Source of the DNA: Thalia democratica
Taxonomy: Eukaryota
Direction: 5' to 3'
Assembly (NCBI GenBank): GCA_965202585.1
Contig: OZ241827.1
Location: 22,506,001-22,570,000, forward strand
Length of the DNA: 64,000 bases
Shown here: positions 1-10,810 of the stretch, in pieces
How the letters are laid out: each line of letters opens with the position of its first letter
Numbering within the stretch: position 1 is the first letter of the stretch
Made by a program: the position numbers and the translations under genes
Notes under the pieces: generated by a model
Databases searched by the model: none
The model's input: the letters and a program-made list of their open reading frames with translations, nothing else
What the model was told of the DNA's origin: nothing

Positions 1-1066
1 CAATATTTCATTTTGTTTTTAAAAAAGAACTATAATTCTAGTAGTTTCAAGTTTAAATAAAACTATAGTACTACAATCATATTGTTGTACTATGTAGTTG
101 TTATGTTTAGTAAGAAACTTCATTTTAGTTTATTATATTTTTATTTTTTGGCCTAGTTTTCATTCTGATACTTTTAAAAAGACATTTTTTAAACCTTACC
201 ATAACTTTTGATCAATCATTAAATTTATTCATCTATTTTAATATGGTCATATAGTCAGTAATCAAAAATTACAGTCTATTCATTTAAGTTATTTCAAATT
301 AAAACTTATTATGATGTTCAGCACTTGAAAATCATTACTACAAATTGGCTATGTTGATGATTGTGTAATAAAATTATATATGTAAAACTTATAAATTCAA
401 AAACTTTTAATCATTTACTTCATAATTTAAAAAGTTGCAGAATTGGTACTTTAAAGCATAATGTAATTAAAGTTTTTGTGTTAAGGCATGATTTTTAGTA
501 TTTGTTTTCAGTAAAGTTTAGTAGTGAGCAAGCACTGTTTAAGTTTTCTTTGTATGATTAAAAACTTATACAGTTTTTTGTTTTTCATTTTTTAAACTTT
601 CATGTAGTTAGATTCAGCATAGTTTCTAAATGATTAATGTTTATTAAATCAATTAAACAGTTCAATTTAGCTAAAATGAAACTTAAACTTGATCTACTTA
701 AACAGAAGAACTTAAAATCTATGTTTTTTTTTTTAAATATTAAATTTATTAGAAAACCTGCTAAAGTTAACTCTTTTTGGTTTCTATAATTTAAAGGTTA
801 TTTTACCAAATGACAATAGCTTAAAACAATCTAAACTCTGTCTATGTTTAACAAGTAATTTGAATTTATTTACGAAGCAACACTAGTGAATTTTAAATTC
901 TGGTACATTAAAACTTTAAGGCTAATTATATATATTAATAAAGATTATAGTATATAAAGAACCATCACTAACTAAGCAAAGTTTTTAGATAGAAATAAAT
1001 AATATTTTAACAAGACTTTAAAGCTTTTAATTTTATTTTAATAAATTTCAGTTGTAAAATTTTATC

Positions 1067-3217
1067 ATGAGCATTTCTCTCGGTCATTTACTAGGTGAAG
1101 ACAACCAAAAGCTGCCAGATGCTTCTAGGGCCGCTTCGGGTGACTTAATCGCGGGTCCCTCACCCGTCAACCGCACTTACCTCCCGCCATACAAAGTGCA
1201 CGTCAGCTACATCCCGACCAAGCCTCAGCTTTACGAGGTGGAGAAGTTCTTCAAACCTGCCGAAGTCGTGAGCAGCACTTTCACCAAGGTCAAGAAGAGG
1301 TTCTACGGCGTTGTCGAGCTCAAAACGCTCAGGGATTTCCGGCTGGCTCTGGCCCGCAACGGGTCGACTTTTTGCGGTAGGAAGGTGAACGTTCAGGTGT
1401 CCAAAGACACTGTTGTAAAGTTGCTGGAGCCTGAGTCCAGCAGGCCTGCTTGTCCGAGTACAGTTGTTAGAAAGGGACCGTTTGTGTCTAAACAGACCGA
1501 TGGTGAAGGAGACTGTTCCGAAAAATGCAATAAAGCTGTTTCTGATCCTCCGAAGCTTTCATGGGCTGACGAGGTACCACCGCAAGAAGATGGCAGTTGT
1601 TTTGATGCAACTGAGGATAAAGTTCACGCCAGCCCTCGACGCTTCAACTTCATAAGCGCCAAGCTCTTTTCTCCTGACGACCTCGCGAAAGTTTCCAACA
1701 GGCCGCCTTTCCGCGCCTTCGTCGGCAACATCGCCTACTGGGTGGACGAGCAGATGCTGGCCAAGTTCTTCAAACCCGCCGTCGTGACAAACATCACTTT
1801 CATGTTCAAGAACGACAAGCCAAAGGACTGCGCCACGGTCGAGTTCGAGTACGTCGAGGACTACGTGGTGGCGCTGAAGAAGAACGGGAGGAGGTTCGAG
1901 AAGAAGGCAATGAGGGTGGAGGTCGCCGGCAGGTCGAACAGCAACCAGGTCCGGAACCCCTTCGCCACGTACGGCAGCGACGGAAACTGGAGGAAAAAAC
2001 CGGATGACGAAGTCAAAAAAGTTAAAAAGGCCCCCGCGGACCTTTCCGAAGTGCCCAACCGTCCGCCGTTCAAAGCCTACCTGAAGAACTTGCCGTACGA
2101 CGCCAGCGTAAAAAACGTCAACGACTTCTTTAGGCCCATTAAAAACGTGAAGGTCGAGATCCTATGTTTCAGAGACACTAATAAGAAGAAGGGCTGCGCT
2201 TTTGCCGAGTTTGAGTCCAAGGACGACCTCGTGCAAGCCCTTGAAAAAGACGGTGAGTTTATTTTTGGTAGGGGTATTAATATATCTGTTTATAAAAAAA
2301 AACCGCTTCCAGTATACCCTCCCGAGAAAAACATTCGCGTCAATCTTGCAAACGTTCCAAAAAACCCGCCGTACAAAGCCCACATCTTCAATTTGCCGTA
2401 CGGCGCGGTCGACGACGACCTGTACAGCTACTTCTACCAGTGCAGAATCGTCCACATCGATCGGCATGAAGACGAGGACGGAAACTTTCTCGGCGACGTC
2501 ATCGCGGAGTTCGAGACCCGAGCGGACCTGATTGAGGCGCTGAAGATGCACAAAGGATTAATCGGCAATAGGAAAGTCGGGATTGAGGTGCACTGGGTTC
2601 ACCAGCCGCTGAAGATCGTCCACCAGCAGCCGGCCATCGTCGATTTGTTAAAAGTTCCCAAGGGCCCGCCGTTCATGGCGTACGCGAGCAACTTCCCTTA
2701 CAGGGCGTGCGAGCTGGACGTCCAGAACTTTTTCAATCCGGTCCGCGTCGTCGAGCACCGGGAGTTCCGGTTCGGCGACGGCAAGTTCAAGGGGTCGGTC
2801 ATCTTGAGTTTCGAATCGAGGCAGGACCTGATCCAGGCGCTGAAGAGGCACGGCGGGCAGATGGAAGGCAGGGTCGTCAAGGTGGAGATGCATCACGCGA
2901 AGCACCAGGCGCAGTACGGCTACTTCAAGCAGCCATCGCGGCAGTACTTTTCGACGGCCAAACGCGTTCCTCCGTTCTTGCGGCAACCGGCAGCCACGGG
3001 TGGAAGCTCTCTAAAAGCGCGCGGAAGGAACCGGGAGTTCGGCACCAACATCGGCGCCTACGAGGCGGAAAAGGAGCAAGAGAAAAGAGACATGGTGGGT
3101 GCGACGAGAGGCTCCCGGGGAGCAGACAGCAAGCAGTCTGAAGGTAAAGGAGCAGAGAAATATTTCGATGTTCAAAACAAGTTTGCGGTGCTGCCCGGTG
3201 AAGAAAAGTTGGTGTGA
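1067..3217 (+). CDS. eIF4B-derived protein with five tandem RRM domains (716 aa, single coding exon)
   Basis: 716-codon GC-rich ORF. Five RRMs each opening with the eIF4B/4H-type PP[FY]xA[FYH] lead-in: aa ~40-113, 213-287, 333-409, 434-509, 534-608. Motifs resembling human eIF4B as recalled: ISLGHLLGED (ISLTDFLAED), LPDASRAA (LPTAPRAA), LSWADE (VSWADE), DGNWRKKP (DTDWRARP), C-terminal NKFAVL (SKYAAL). No DRYG region. Confidence 0.88.
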   Translation: MSISLGHLLGEDNQKLPDASRAASGDLIAGPSPVNRTYLPPYKVHVSYIPTKPQLYEVEKFFKPAEVVSSTFTKVKKRFYGVVELKTLRDFRLALARNGSTFCGRKVNVQVSKDTVVKLLEPESSRPACPSTVVRKGPFVSKQTDGEGDCSEKCNKAVSDPPKLSWADEVPPQEDGSCFDATEDKVHASPRRFNFISAKLFSPDDLAKVSNRPPFRAFVGNIAYWVDEQMLAKFFKPAVVTNITFMFKNDKPKDCATVEFEYVEDYVVALKKNGRRFEKKAMRVEVAGRSNSNQVRNPFATYGSDGNWRKKPDDEVKKVKKAPADLSEVPNRPPFKAYLKNLPYDASVKNVNDFFRPIKNVKVEILCFRDTNKKKGCAFAEFESKDDLVQALEKDGEFIFGRGINISVYKKKPLPVYPPEKNIRVNLANVPKNPPYKAHIFNLPYGAVDDDLYSYFYQCRIVHIDRHEDEDGNFLGDVIAEFETRADLIEALKMHKGLIGNRKVGIEVHWVHQPLKIVHQQPAIVDLLKVPKGPPFMAYASNFPYRACELDVQNFFNPVRVVEHREFRFGDGKFKGSVILSFESRQDLIQALKRHGGQMEGRVVKVEMHHAKHQAQYGYFKQPSRQYFSTAKRVPPFLRQPAATGGSSLKARGRNREFGTNIGAYEAEKEQEKRDMVGATRGSRGADSKQSEGKGAEKYFDVQNKFAVLPGEEKLV

Positions 3218-3345
3218 ACGTACGTTGCCGCGTGAATGTTTTCTGTTGAAGTTGTTCTTTTCATTTATTTTATTAAATTATTTTTGTTTGTTTGATTATC
3301 GTTTTTGTGTTCCTGTTTTTTATATATTTTTTCTGTGTTCGCTGC

Positions 3346-3351
3346 AATAAA
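3346..3351 (+). promoter_or_regulatory. probable polyadenylation signal of the multi-RRM gene
   Basis: AATAAA about 130 nt after the stop codon, at the end of a T-rich 3' UTR-like stretch. Confidence 0.45.
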
Positions 3352-4485
3352 CCGGTGTATAAATTAACTCGTGTTTTCTGTTATAACTTGGTTTGAAAAA
3401 AAAAATAAAAATTCTTAAAGTTTAGCAATAATTCCGTTGTAATTTGTGCACAAATTACAAATTAAATATTACCTGATTTCATACTTGTTAAATGTTCAAA
3501 AGCGTAGACAGATTTAACTCTATATGAAGTTCGATACGTTAAGTCCCGTTAAGCTGGAGTACTAATGGTAAACATACTAAATAACTTATAAAAATTAAGT
3601 TTTATCTACTTAGCCAACGATTATATTTATCTTTGAACCTTGAACTTAAATACTGACACAATTTTATCAAATATATTAGAAAATTTATAAAACATAGCTG
3701 CCGAAATGTTTTGTAGTTTAATAAGTTTATGGAAAATAACTAATAACTGAACTACTATAATGTTTCACTAATATCTTAATAACGTAGCTAAAACTTTTAT
3801 AACGTGCTCGTAAAGAAAAAAGTTTTTTTATATAACTTCGTAATCAAAAGTTGATTATCTTACATTTTTTTAAACAAAAACATGTTTATTAACAACTTTC
3901 TCTTCCCTTTTATACAGTTTCAAACTAAGTATTAGTAGTGTTATTCGTTGTAGCCTAAAGCTTTTTTACCAACTCGGAACGTGTTGAAATGAAGTTGGTA
4001 AACTTGTGCCAAGCCTGAATGTCTCTATAAATATTTGTTTAGTAGATCCTAATTATTGTGAATAATATCATTAAAATTCAAGTTTAAATAAACTCAATAT
4101 ATCTAATTACGTTCTGACATTTTACCCTTAAATAATTAAACGATATCAAATAAACAGTTTAAATGAAATGTTGAGAAAATTTTCTCAGTTTTTTCTTTGG
4201 CGTACCAGTTAATTGATATTATGCTTAAAAATGAACGTATGGTATATGTTTATCTAACAATTAAGTACTAAACTCATAACATAAACACAAGTTAAACATT
4301 AAACACATTAGTAAACATGAACACATTATTCAAGTAGTATCAAAAATTAAAATAAATTGCCTAACATATACATTTTTGTAAAAAGGTTTATAAATGTAAG
4401 TGAAAACATCAATACTCGACATTACGTTTATTTAAAATAGTAATAACATTATGCAAAGAATTCAAAAACAAGACCACACTTTCTC

Positions 4486-4590
4486 TAGACAAGACGTTAA
4501 AAGTGGTGTTCGACTCGGTAACCGAAAGGTTCATCGTTCACCAGGTCCTAGGACCAAACATTTTGAACGCTTTATTTTGTCGTTCAATAA
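4486..4590 (+). repeat. three-hairpin SINE-like repeat, copy 1
   Basis: GACGTTAAA..GGTGTTCGACTCGGTAACCGAAAGGTT..TCGTTCACCAGGTCCTAGGACCAAAC..TTGAACGC..CGTTCAATAA; five further copies in the window. Confidence 0.75.
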
Positions 4591-6987
4591 GGAATATTGA
4601 CAACTATTGTATTTACCGTGCTAGATTGTACTTAAAAACTGAGAAAAATTTATCAAAAAACGTTAAGCAATCTTTTTAAATCTTAGCTGCAGAACATTTT
4701 TGTATTTTACAAGTTCATAAAAAATATAAGCTTATTGTACTATAATAATGTTTTACTTATATCATAATAACTTTAATAGAACTCCCATATCGTAAGTTCA
4801 AGCTCAAATGAAGTTTTTTTTTTACAATTTTTCTAATTTCAGGTCTAAGTTTAAAAGTATCCTTTAAGGTGATAAACTTTTTTATATATTTATTCGTATT
4901 TAAGCGTTTAAATTTAAACAAAAAATTCAAACATCATTGAAATGTTCAACTAGTATTTATTAAAAAGCTTTACTTACCTTTAGTACAATTTGTTAACAAA
5001 TTTATTAATTAGTTTGATTTACAGTAACTTAAAAGCTTTTTTTCTAGTTTACATAAAATCTATTTTATGTGTTTAAACATACTTTGTAAACTTAAGCTTG
5101 GCATAAATGTCACCACAAATGTTTATTTAGATTTTAAGACATTTAATTTAACTGATATTATGAGGATCTCAGGAATATTTATTGTTCATCCACTTAAGCA
5201 TTGTTTTATAAAAAATAATCAACAAACTTATTTCATATAAACATTTTATTTCTATTTAGTTAACTTAAATAGAAAATCTTTCTTATATTGAAATACGATT
5301 CAAAATTACTCTTTTAGTTTTTCAAATGAGTTTGCAAAAATGAAAGCTTATCTATCGTTATAAATTTAATTTCAGTTTAAGCTTATATTAACCTAAACAT
5401 CTTTTATTACCTTTTGACATTTTCTCAATTAAAATAGTCAGAAAATATTAAATGATCAACAGTTTAGAATGAAATTCTGATAAAATCTGCGTGTTTTATT
5501 CTTGGTTGTGACAGTAAGCTGACTTACTGCTCAAGTGACTAACATATAACGTAAACAATTAACAGTTAAGCACTAGCTGTTAAGTTGATAAAATTATTTG
5601 AACACACTTGAATTAGTACTATGTTAAACATACTAACAAGTTGTTTGACAGATACTGCAAATGTATATACAAAGGTTAACAAACAAAAGTTAAAACATCA
5701 GTACGTTACGATAAAACACAAGTAATAAGTTTGTCAAAAAACATTTAGCAAACTTTTCTCAAAACTTAAATAAAGAAAGTTTTTGTAATTTATTAAGTTC
5801 ATGAAAAATATCCGCTTCTAAACTATCATAATGTTTCACTAATATGTTGTTAGCTTTGTTAAAACTTTTATAACATACGTTCGGGAAAACTTTTTTTTTT
5901 ACAATTTTTTTAAAAAAATAATCATTAAAGGTTTTATAAAGTACAAAGGTTTCTTTTTAGGTAATAAACTTGTTTTTATATTTCTTTTATTTAAACATTA
6001 AATTTCAAAAAAACAAAAACCAATATTAGAATGTTTTATTAGTGTTTATTGATATTTTTTACTTACCTTTGAGACATTTTGTTAACAAAGATCTTGAAAG
6101 GTTTTTTTAATAGATTTGAATTTTTTTACTAGTTTTCAGTGGTCCTGTATTTTATTTTTAAATAATTTTGTTCATAGTAGCCTCAAATGTTTATCAATTT
6201 TTATTAGTTTTTGTTATGTGTTTAAATATAGTTTGTAAATTTAAGCCAAGTCTTAATCTTAATGTCTCAATAATTATTAATTTTGATTTTCAGATATTTC
6301 ATATAAAAGACGATCTTTTTAGTTTTAAGTACTAATTTAGTGAAACAACGTTTTATTACTGAATTTACGTATAAACAGATGTTTATTATTTGATGCAGAG
6401 TTTAAGTTTCACTTTAATTTTATTATACTAAATGTTCTTTAAATTTTCGTTGTCAAATGAATTTTCCTAATTTATACAATTTATAGATTTAGGTTCTTTA
6501 TAGGTAGGTGACTTAGACAAAAAATCTTTTTTAATTTGAAAGAAAATTCAAAATTAAATTCAGCTTTTTCAGATGGTTCTGCACAAGAAAAATTTGCAAC
6601 TAATTATTTGTAAAGATTAAATTAAAAACTAAGTTTTATCATTGTTTTTAAACACTACACTTCTACGAGCTTAAATATACGTGTTTTACGTTTTGACATT
6701 TTCTAACCTTAAATATTCAGACTAATTTAAACAATCAGCTGTGTATAATTAAATGCTGATAAAGTTTGTTTATTATTAGGGTAGTGGTCTAATTAAATCT
6801 GTATGCTTCAACCTTTTGTTACATTATGTTGACATACTTCTTAACTAAAAAGCCACAAGCTTTTGAAACGAAACTCAAGTCTCACCCAATCAATCGGCGG
6901 ATTTTAATTTGATAACTGAAGTGATAAGACCCATCCTTATTGTTAGATAAAACAAAAAAAAAACTTTTATTTAGTGTATTTTTAATC

Positions 6988-7329
6988 CTAAACATACTGA
7001 TAGAATTTTGACACTTTTAGATTATCTAAACCAGCTGAACCAATTATAACAACCGCAGCATACATTCTACTAATATACCTTTTTAAATAAAAGTCAAAAT
7101 GACATACTATGTAATCTGTAAGCTGTATATTTATTTTATATTGATAGAAAAACTTATTGCATAAATACCTGCTGCGCACATTTTTTCCTAGAATGTTACA
7201 ACATTTTAAGATTTCGTTAAACTGTTTTTTTGTTATGTAACTTTTACGTAAATGCTGTTTTAGAGTATATTTCAATTTCCTCATGATAGTACTTGTTGAA
7301 ATATCTAAAAAATTATTAATCATTATCAA
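6988..7329 (-). other. 113-codon ORF in very AT-rich DNA, weakly F-box-like N-terminus; gene or pseudogene fragment
   Basis: Long stop-free frame in highly AT-rich DNA; FLDISTSTIMRKLKYTLKQHLRKSYITKKQFNEILK loosely follows the F-box pattern but lacks the usual LP dipeptide. Confidence 0.25.
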
Positions 7330-8139
7330 ATATGGTTTAAATATTTATATAACCTTAGCTAAAATACGACCAATTTTTTTTTTCCATACTATTTAATAAA
7401 AATTAGTTTTAACAAAATTTTTGGACTAGCAATATGTTTTAATTCAAAAAAAATATATGTATACTTTGTTGAAAATATCATTACTGCATGTAATTTCAAA
7501 AAAATGCAGATTTTTTATTGATTTACTCTTAAAAAAATAAACACATAAACAGTTTTCCGATAAGTGTTGCACTAAGTTAGTTAAAACTAAACTGCTTTTT
7601 TCTTTTAGTTTTCTTTAGTTTGTTTCACGATTTTCCAAGATCTATTGGTTTATACAAACATTTTTCATTTATAATAGTTTCAAGCATAAAATTATCTATT
7701 AACTATTTTTTTTCGTTTTACGTTTATTTTTTTTAAACAATTATAAAAATAATTTATCAATATAAAGGAGGGATCTACGATAGCACAATATTTGGCATCT
7801 TCTTTAGTTTTAATTGTATTTAACTAATTAACTTTGCCTATTATGTTGACCAAAAAGAAAAATGTTACGGTCACCTTTTTAAAATTAGTTAAGAAACCAA
7901 ATAAAAAACAATTCTACTTTCATCCAAAAAAAAATTAAGTACCTTTCCTAGCAAACAGTAAAAATACCTTGTAGTATGAGGAGTAAAATAAAAACTTTAA
8001 CTTCAAATCACAATTTAAGAAAGTTCTAAAAATGTTTATAAAACTCAAAGTACCAACGAACTTTTTCGTTTTTACTTAAATTCTCAGTTTAGCTGCAGTT
8101 TTAACCTGAATAAACGTGGTGTGCTGACATTATTCGTCT

Positions 8140-8660
8140 TTTCAACTTTACAAGCATCATACCATACAAAAGTCATGTATACCAGGCCGTCCATCGGACC
8201 AAGAAAACAATGCTTTAAATAAATGAAATAAAAGAAGGTAAATTCCCTAAAAAAGAAACTTTTAACGCTCCCAACCGAGTTACCACTGAAAGTACGACAA
8301 TTTCCCGCTCTGGTCCGAGAAGCGCACGACGGTCAGTGACCACATCGGGATCGTCAAAAATCCCCTACAAGTTTTTTTTCGAAGCGCGAAAAGATAGAAT
8401 GTCTTACAGAAACAAAAAAATCTTGCGGCATCGGGGTAAGGTTGGGAATCACCGAAACAGAAATATTAAAAAGGGAAACCACCTCGTGCGTGTTTTGTTG
8501 CTGGTAGTTTCTGAATGGAGGTGTCCCTCGGCAAGCCCTCTGCAAAGACGGGAAGTAAAGGGGAAAGGCGACCCGAACCAACCTAGTCAAGGTTGCGTTC
8601 TGGTGCACTGACAAAGGACAAATTTTAGGTGCTTTTGGTGATCAAAACGATTTTTTTGTG
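8140..8660. other. GC-rich, CpG-rich island with several hairpins; unknown ncRNA, first exon/promoter or retroelement 5' UTR
   Basis: Sharp GC rise against AT-rich flanks; hairpins at 8473-8527, 8536-8552 (GCAA tetraloop) and 8575-8600; no convincing coding frame. Confidence 0.4.
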
Positions 8661-10657
8661 TCGCAGAAAGTTTAATATTGTAAACTATGTGTGGAAGTGA
8701 TTAAAATATCTTTTGTTCCAATTAACCAAAGAGTAACAAAAGCTGAAGATAAATTTTCTATAAAACACATACAAAACAATACTGGCAGTCATTAAAAATT
8801 AAAAGTGTTAACATCGATTAATTGTTTTTTTTTTTCCTTTATGTTTAGGAAAAGCAAGAAAAATAAAATGTATCGCTTTTCAGTAACATAAAAAATAACT
8901 AGTAAACTGCAGCCATAAAAAGTAGCACGAGCATAACTGGTATAACTTACAATGAAATAGCTTTAGAAATAGCTTAAAAACACTAACTTTCATAAGTTGA
9001 AACATCTCTAAGTTTTATCACAAAAAAACCTTTAAAGCTTCAAAAAAACTTTAAACACAGTGATTAAAAACAACCGCGAAACGTAAAAGTTAATTTAAGT
9101 TTTTTCTTTTAATTATAAAATATCGTACGACAATTAATGTATGCTCTGTACTACTTGCCTCCACATAAACTTGTTACACGTGATAATTTGAAAACAATCT
9201 CTAATTGCTGTAATCATTAATTTAATTAGTGGTTTTAAAATTAAAGGGTGACTGATATTTTTTTGCTAATAGGTTATACAATTTAAACTCATGATGTAAA
9301 TAAACTAATTTTTTTTATACAAACTTAATTATATTGTATAATTTTGGTTTTACCCGCAAAAATTAAAATTCCTCAATTTAGATCTAAGGAGATAAACGAA
9401 CATGTTATTTCAAGAAAACCCGTTGTATAATTTAATTTAAAATTTCAAAGTAGCTATGTAACACTATATTACGAAACTGTTAGAAATAAAACAACTATTT
9501 TCAAACTTTATTGTTACATGTTTCTAAAACAAACAAAATATTTCAATTGACTCTTTAAAGGTTTTTATCCATCTCAATATTAACTGTTAAATTCCATATT
9601 TATCAAAAAAAAGAATTATAACTTACACAATAAGGCTTCTAAACAATTTATCTGTCTTATAAATTTATTATGGTTTATTTTAAGTATAAAAATTTATTGT
9701 AAAGGTTAACTTTATCGACTTTGACCACATCTGATAACTTACTACCATTATTTTTACTTAAAACAGTTTAGTAATTTGTATGTTACGACAAAATTTATTC
9801 AAATGCATATACGGAATTTATTCAGCACAAACTTGTTTTTTTAATAATTACGTAGGCCAATAAACGTTTAACCAAAAATTCCGTTTCAATATCATTATTG
9901 CTTTTGTTCAGTTTAATCCAGAGTAGTTAAGTTTCTGAACCTTGGTAAAAGTGTGTTGAATAATAAATCTGACCAAACTTTCAATGTATATTCATTTAGA
10001 TTTAGTAAGTAAAACAGTGTTAAGTTATGAACGAGTGATTAACGTCAGTTTATCTCAAAAAAACTTCGCCTATCGAAAAATCGATCAGTATTTATTCTGA
10101 GTGAAACATTTTGACGCCTTAGACATGCTTGTGAAAGATGGCAAACTAAAACGGTACAATGTAATAAATTATGTTAAATGTCAGATTTATATCAATAACA
10201 TTAACTAAGCGTCAGCTGTAGTATCGTTTAAATTGTATTAGATTTCATGCATTAGTTATTAAGTTCTAATCTCCGATCGAATGTAGTTTATTTTTGTTAA
10301 AAAGTAAAACTCTTTTTTAAAAGACTTTTTTATTAAAGTTTTTTTGCTGAGTATTTAAGACATAGTCCGTAAACTTAAACTAAGCCTTAATGTCTCTCGA
10401 ATGTTATTTTTTCAGATATCTATTATAACTGAGGATCCACTTAATGTTAATTCAGTAAAATAATATATTTTTTTTTTAATTCATGAATCAAAAAGTTTGT
10501 ATTTTATTTAATATAGAAGTTTAAGTTACACAACAATTTTAATATGAAAGTATTGTTTGTAATTTCGTTGTCAAATTATTTTTTTAATAAATTAAAACTG
10601 AAAACTTTTACACGTTTAATTTCAATATTTATAAACTTTATATAAAAACAAATTGTA

Positions 10658-10810
10658 CAGTAATCTTCCTTTATTGTACCAACATATGTTTCTGTGTGTT
10701 AACGAATCAACACACTTCAACTGGGTTATTAATGGGAAAGATAACTTAACAACCCAGTTGAAGTGTGTTGATTCGTTAACATATGTTAGTACAATAAAGG
10801 AATATTACTG
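10658..10810. mobile_element. 153-bp hairpin MITE (Tc1/mariner-type ends CAGT...ACTG, TA flanks)
   Basis: 60-bp inverted arms with 2 mismatches and one 10-nt insertion, 23-nt spacer, flanked by TA on both sides. Confidence 0.7.

Noticed and set aside
1464-3350. Alternative-frame and antisense ORFs overlapping the multi-RRM gene
   Set aside because: Shadow frames of a GC-rich coding exon; no independent motifs.
8473-8560. HDV-like ribozyme fold around CACCTCGTGCGTG / TCCCTCGG
   Set aside because: P3/L3-like segments exist, but no consistent P1 with G1, P1.1 and catalytic C could be assembled.
8336-8614. Two opposite-strand ORFs of 86-91 aa in the GC island
   Set aside because: No recognisable motif or codon pattern; expected by chance in GC-rich DNA.
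10095-10208. Short protein-like frame VKHFDALDMLVKDGKLKRYNVINYVKC
   Set aside because: Bounded by stops, no splice sites or family match; insufficient support.
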